A stretch of 62,730 nt of DNA, filler included, from Basidiobolus ranarum (Eukaryota): NCBI GenBank assembly GCA_040143965.1. It is 36 parts of 36 records of this genome, joined end to end, with 100 filler letters (N's around TTAATTAATTAA, not from the genome) between each part and the next. Parts side by side here need not be neighbours in the genome. Positions count along the whole stretch, not along the records: positions 59,353 to 60,991 come from JASJQH010011533.1; positions 61,092 to 62,730 come from JASJQH010011534.1; 34 more parts are not named here. One strand, 5' to 3'. Positions 59,393 through 62,730 of this stretch are shown one piece after another. Numbering within the stretch: the stretch's first letter is position 1; each line of letters starts with the position of its first letter. A model generated the notes under the pieces. That model searched no databases and was not told the origin of the DNA. It was given only the letters and a program-made list of their open reading frames with translations. The translations under genes and the position numbers were made by a program.

Positions 59393-60562
59393 CTTACATT
59401 GGCAGATCTCAAGCAGATACAACAACTGTGCAGAGATCTTGTAATTAGATATGAAAGACTTTATTACTGGTCTAAAGAAGATGGACTAAATCTGTGCTTG
59501 TATTCAATACATTCCCTGCTGCTTCTTACAGAATGTTTAGAGATTATAGACGCTTGCTATACATTTTGGGAGCTCCTAATGGAGGGCACCTCTGGTGAAA
59601 TGATGCTTCTTGTGAAATTGTCAGTTTCACCATATGCTAATGTAATTAGCAATGTGTCAGCAAAATCAGTGATGAAGGTAACAAAATGGGTTAAGCAGAC
59701 TTCAGAGTGTATTAACCATTCAAAAAGGGCTCTTTTCAATTTGCTCATTGGTGTTTGCATTGTTTGATCACAATGACAGCAACAAAACCCAATCCATCAA
59801 CACAGAGTAAGTATCTCTATAATTTGGACTAATTTTTTTGTGTGGTAATGTGACAGTATTTCTAGGAAAGCTGCAAGACAGACTTCTGGGTGAGATAGAT
59901 CAAGATATACAGTATCATTGTTTTAGCAATGGGGTAATCTATTAAAGCTATGATACATCTACTTGTGGCCAGGCTTGTTGACTGCAAGTTTAAGATATTT
60001 TGTCTTAAATCTTTTTGGAAATTTGCCAAAGTCCTTGAGCTTATTCTCATTGGGAATGGTAACAAGAGTCATATTTTTGGCAAGTATCAGTGCTAGTCAA
60101 AATTTCAGATGTTGAGCAATTTTTCCACTGTCAGTTTGCTGATAAAGCATACTGATGTTGTTGAGTTATGTCTGCTCAGTCAAGTATGTGCATATGTAGA
60201 GACTAAACACAACAAGATTCTTGTATTATTTGATTCTCATCATGGCTGGATTATAGAGCCTAAAATATCTAAATAAAGGCATGCATATTAGTTTGAATGC
60301 CTACAGCAATAAACCCAGTAAGTTTCCATTCCAAAATTAGAATTTTGAGAAAATTGTTAGAAATTAATTAAAGCATTCCATATGTGAGGATCAATATTTT
60401 ACCATATATGAATACCACCAAAATACCACCATCATTCCATCATCTCACCATCAAACTCCCTGGCAGAATGCAAGCCACCAAAATTGTGATGGTTCTCTGA
60501 TGGTCTTGCAATCCAGAAGGGTAGATCCAAAACTGAACAAATCAATTTTATCTGTTTTAGGG
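59393..60562 (+). mobile_element. CACTA-like transposase C-terminus through end B
   Basis: RYERLYY...CLYSIHSLLLLTECLEIIDACYTFWELLMEG. Ends ATCTGTTTTAGGG. Confidence 0.85.
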
Positions 60563-60991
60563 ACCAATTCTGGTACTTATAGTAGTTGTTGGCTAGTAGT
60601 CTTGCCTTATACCTTTCTATAATACCATTGGAGTTATATTTAACTTTGAATACCCATTGGTAGCCAATTGATTTTCTATCAGTAAGTTAGTTGATAAAAT
60701 TCACATTTGATGATTAGTCAAAGACTGGTACTCATCACTCAATTTTGGGTCTCACTAATAGAGTAGTCAGGGCCATATCTGGTCAAACTTAATCTCCTGG
60801 TTCTGGATATAGGTACTACAGCTTGTTGCATTGTATTAGGTACTTGTGTAAGAAACATTTTGTTTGAAGGGTTTGCAGAAATGCTATTTTCTAGTTGTTT
60901 TTATTTCATTCAATTTGATTGATTAGATCGGGAGAAAACTGATTTCAATGATAATATGAGATTCTTTTAGGCAAACATCATTTATTTCTCA
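60563..60991 (-). mobile_element. Copia integrase-RT linker and RT start, highly degenerate
   Basis: The minus strand gives RKSIGYQWVFKVKYNSNGIIERYKARLL. Confidence 0.8.
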
Positions 60992-61091
60992 NNNNNNNNN
61001 NNNNNNNNNNNNNNNNNNNNNNNNNNNNNNNNNNNTTAATTAATTAANNNNNNNNNNNNNNNNNNNNNNNNNNNNNNNNNNNNNNNNNNNN

Positions 61092-61549
61092 GAAATGATA
61101 GCTGATATCTTAACCAAACCTTTAGCTAAAGCACAATTTGAATTATTAAGATATAAGTTAGGTTTGAGAGAAACACAAAATAATTAGTTGAGTGGGAATG
61201 TTAAAATTAGGTAAATAGCAACTCATTATTTAGTAGTTAGTTTATTCATATTCTGATTATTTAGTACTCAATTCTGTCATTCAAAAACATGTGCTTATTG
61301 CTCTCATTGATAGAAATATCAATAGATCACTTTTACCAATTTCCACTGTTTTCTCAAAACTTCTCCAAATCACCTCAAATTTTCACCCATGCTTAACAAG
61401 CATGTTTGTTATGATCTAACCATGTCCAATAGTTCTATTTCATAGTAAACTATAAATAGGACATATTCCATTGAATAAAACTTAAGTGTCCAATTCACAA
61501 ATCCAAATCTTGTCCAAAACACTTCCAAATCCCCTAAACACTTTTATCA
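61092..61549 (+). mobile_element. Copia family A 3' end: RNase H tail, PPT and complete 3' LTR (61199-61549)
   Basis: MIADILTKPL, then the PPT GAGTGGGAA, then the LTR TGTTAAAA...TTTTATCA (351 bp). Confidence 0.9.
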
Positions 61550-62730
61550 AGCTGGAGGCTTTATTGAAAAAATAATCACAAGCACGGTCACTGTGCAAAG
61601 CCTCCTGCTACACAAAGCCTGATGAATACCAACAGTTATAAATGCACAAAATTGACTTAAGTTTTGCCCACTGAGTCTACTGATTGTACCTTGCTTCAAA
61701 GTTTTGGTAACACTGCTGAAAGCCAAGATATTGTGGAGTTACCACAGTTATATGACCAGAATGATGCAGGTAGAAATGCATTTTTGGTTAAACCAGTAAT
61801 TCCAAGCAGCTTTGAGCACATGCTGCCAGATGTTGATTTGGTTAATCCAGTACTGATGGTAGCACATCAGATGTTGAAGAAGAAGACAATAGTTCTGTCA
61901 CCGACTCTTTGTTATCAGCAAGCTTTAGTTCACTCATAACACTTACAGTAAGAGCAGCAGCTTTGATTATTGAGGAGTGGAGAGTTCAATCCAATCTTAG
62001 CAACCAGGTGTTTATTGGTTTTCTCACACTTTTACAATGGTTGATTGGTAACTGTTGCTTGCCACAGACCTTGTAAAAGCAGAAAACACTTGCCAGTTGT
62101 ATGACTGATATTCCTTCAGTAATTAAACTACCTTCATGTCCAAATGGTGTTTGGCATTCACTGGTGATCTGAAAAACCTTAAGTCACGTACTGTTTGCAC
62201 ACATTTAGCAATAACTGAATTAGGCAAATATTGTTCATATTTGGCTTACATACTGTTGATTCCCCATCTTAACGTTTTGATGAAATCACCCAAATATAAA
62301 TCATTGATCCAATACCAAAGTACTCACAACAAAGCTGATGGTATTACCAATATACTTGATCAATAGCACTGCCAGAATCTGAAAAGTCAATGCTTCTTTG
62401 AGAACATGTATAATCATGCATTTGCATTGGCTCTTGATGGTTACTTGCTAAAAAACTACACTATTAGAAAGGCTTGCTGGCCAATAATTTTAATTAACTT
62501 AATTGTTCTTCCTTCTGAGCAGTACAAGAGTCATAATATTTTGATACTCTCCATCATATCTCAACCTAATTCACCAGTGCTTATAGATAGCTGCTTGGAG
62601 CCTTTGATTGCAGAATTTGTATGGTTGTCTAATGTGGTTGAGATGGGTGAGTATTTTATTAAAGCTAATATCATTGTATGTATTGGTGACACTCCTGCCA
62701 ACAGTAAACTTGGAGGTTTTTGTGGAAACA
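61550..62730 (+). mobile_element. CACTA/En-Spm (Tnp2/Transposase_21-like) transposase, N-terminal region and catalytic core, degenerate
   Basis: The frame open from about 62397 to the end reads AFALALDGY...CWPIILINL..LP...NILILSII...IDSCLEPLIAEF...IGDTPANSKLGGFCG. Confidence 0.9.

Noticed and set aside
1652-61091. Regularly spaced TTAATTAATTAA motif resembling a CRISPR-like or other periodic array
   Set aside because: It is always embedded in exactly 44+44 N and separates size-sorted contigs, so it is an artificial linker.

Overview
This window is not one locus. It is 36 unrelated, size-sorted contigs of about 1.64-1.65 kb joined by 35 artificial 100-bp linkers (44 N + TTAATTAATTAA + 44 N), so no synteny can be read across linkers. 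The DNA is eukaryotic and probably from an early-diverging fungus. This is an inference from the short GT-AG introns, MCM8, tandem subtilisin and GH20 genes and a bacterial-type NRPS; a Basidiobolus-like source is plausible but unproven. About two thirds of the contigs are nested, decayed, strongly CpG-depleted transposons: at least four Ty1/copia-associated LTR families (here A-D), a chromoviral Ty3/gypsy family with an apparent Tf1-type self-priming site, a CCC-ended CACTA/CMC DNA transposon carrying a divergent second ORF of unknown family, and a 182-bp MITE with 3-bp TSDs. Host gene pieces are: an intronless NRPS starter condensation domain, a decayed A-T-TE-type NRPS-like adenylation domain, the C-terminus of an rvt (cellular reverse-transcriptase-related) gene, MCM8, a zinc-type ADH-like oxidoreductase, tandem S8 proteases, tandem GH20 hexosaminidases, head-to-head ABCG transporters, a C1orf74/DUF4504-like gene and two Gly-rich repeat proteins. 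Family assignments come from motif recognition by eye, not from database searches.
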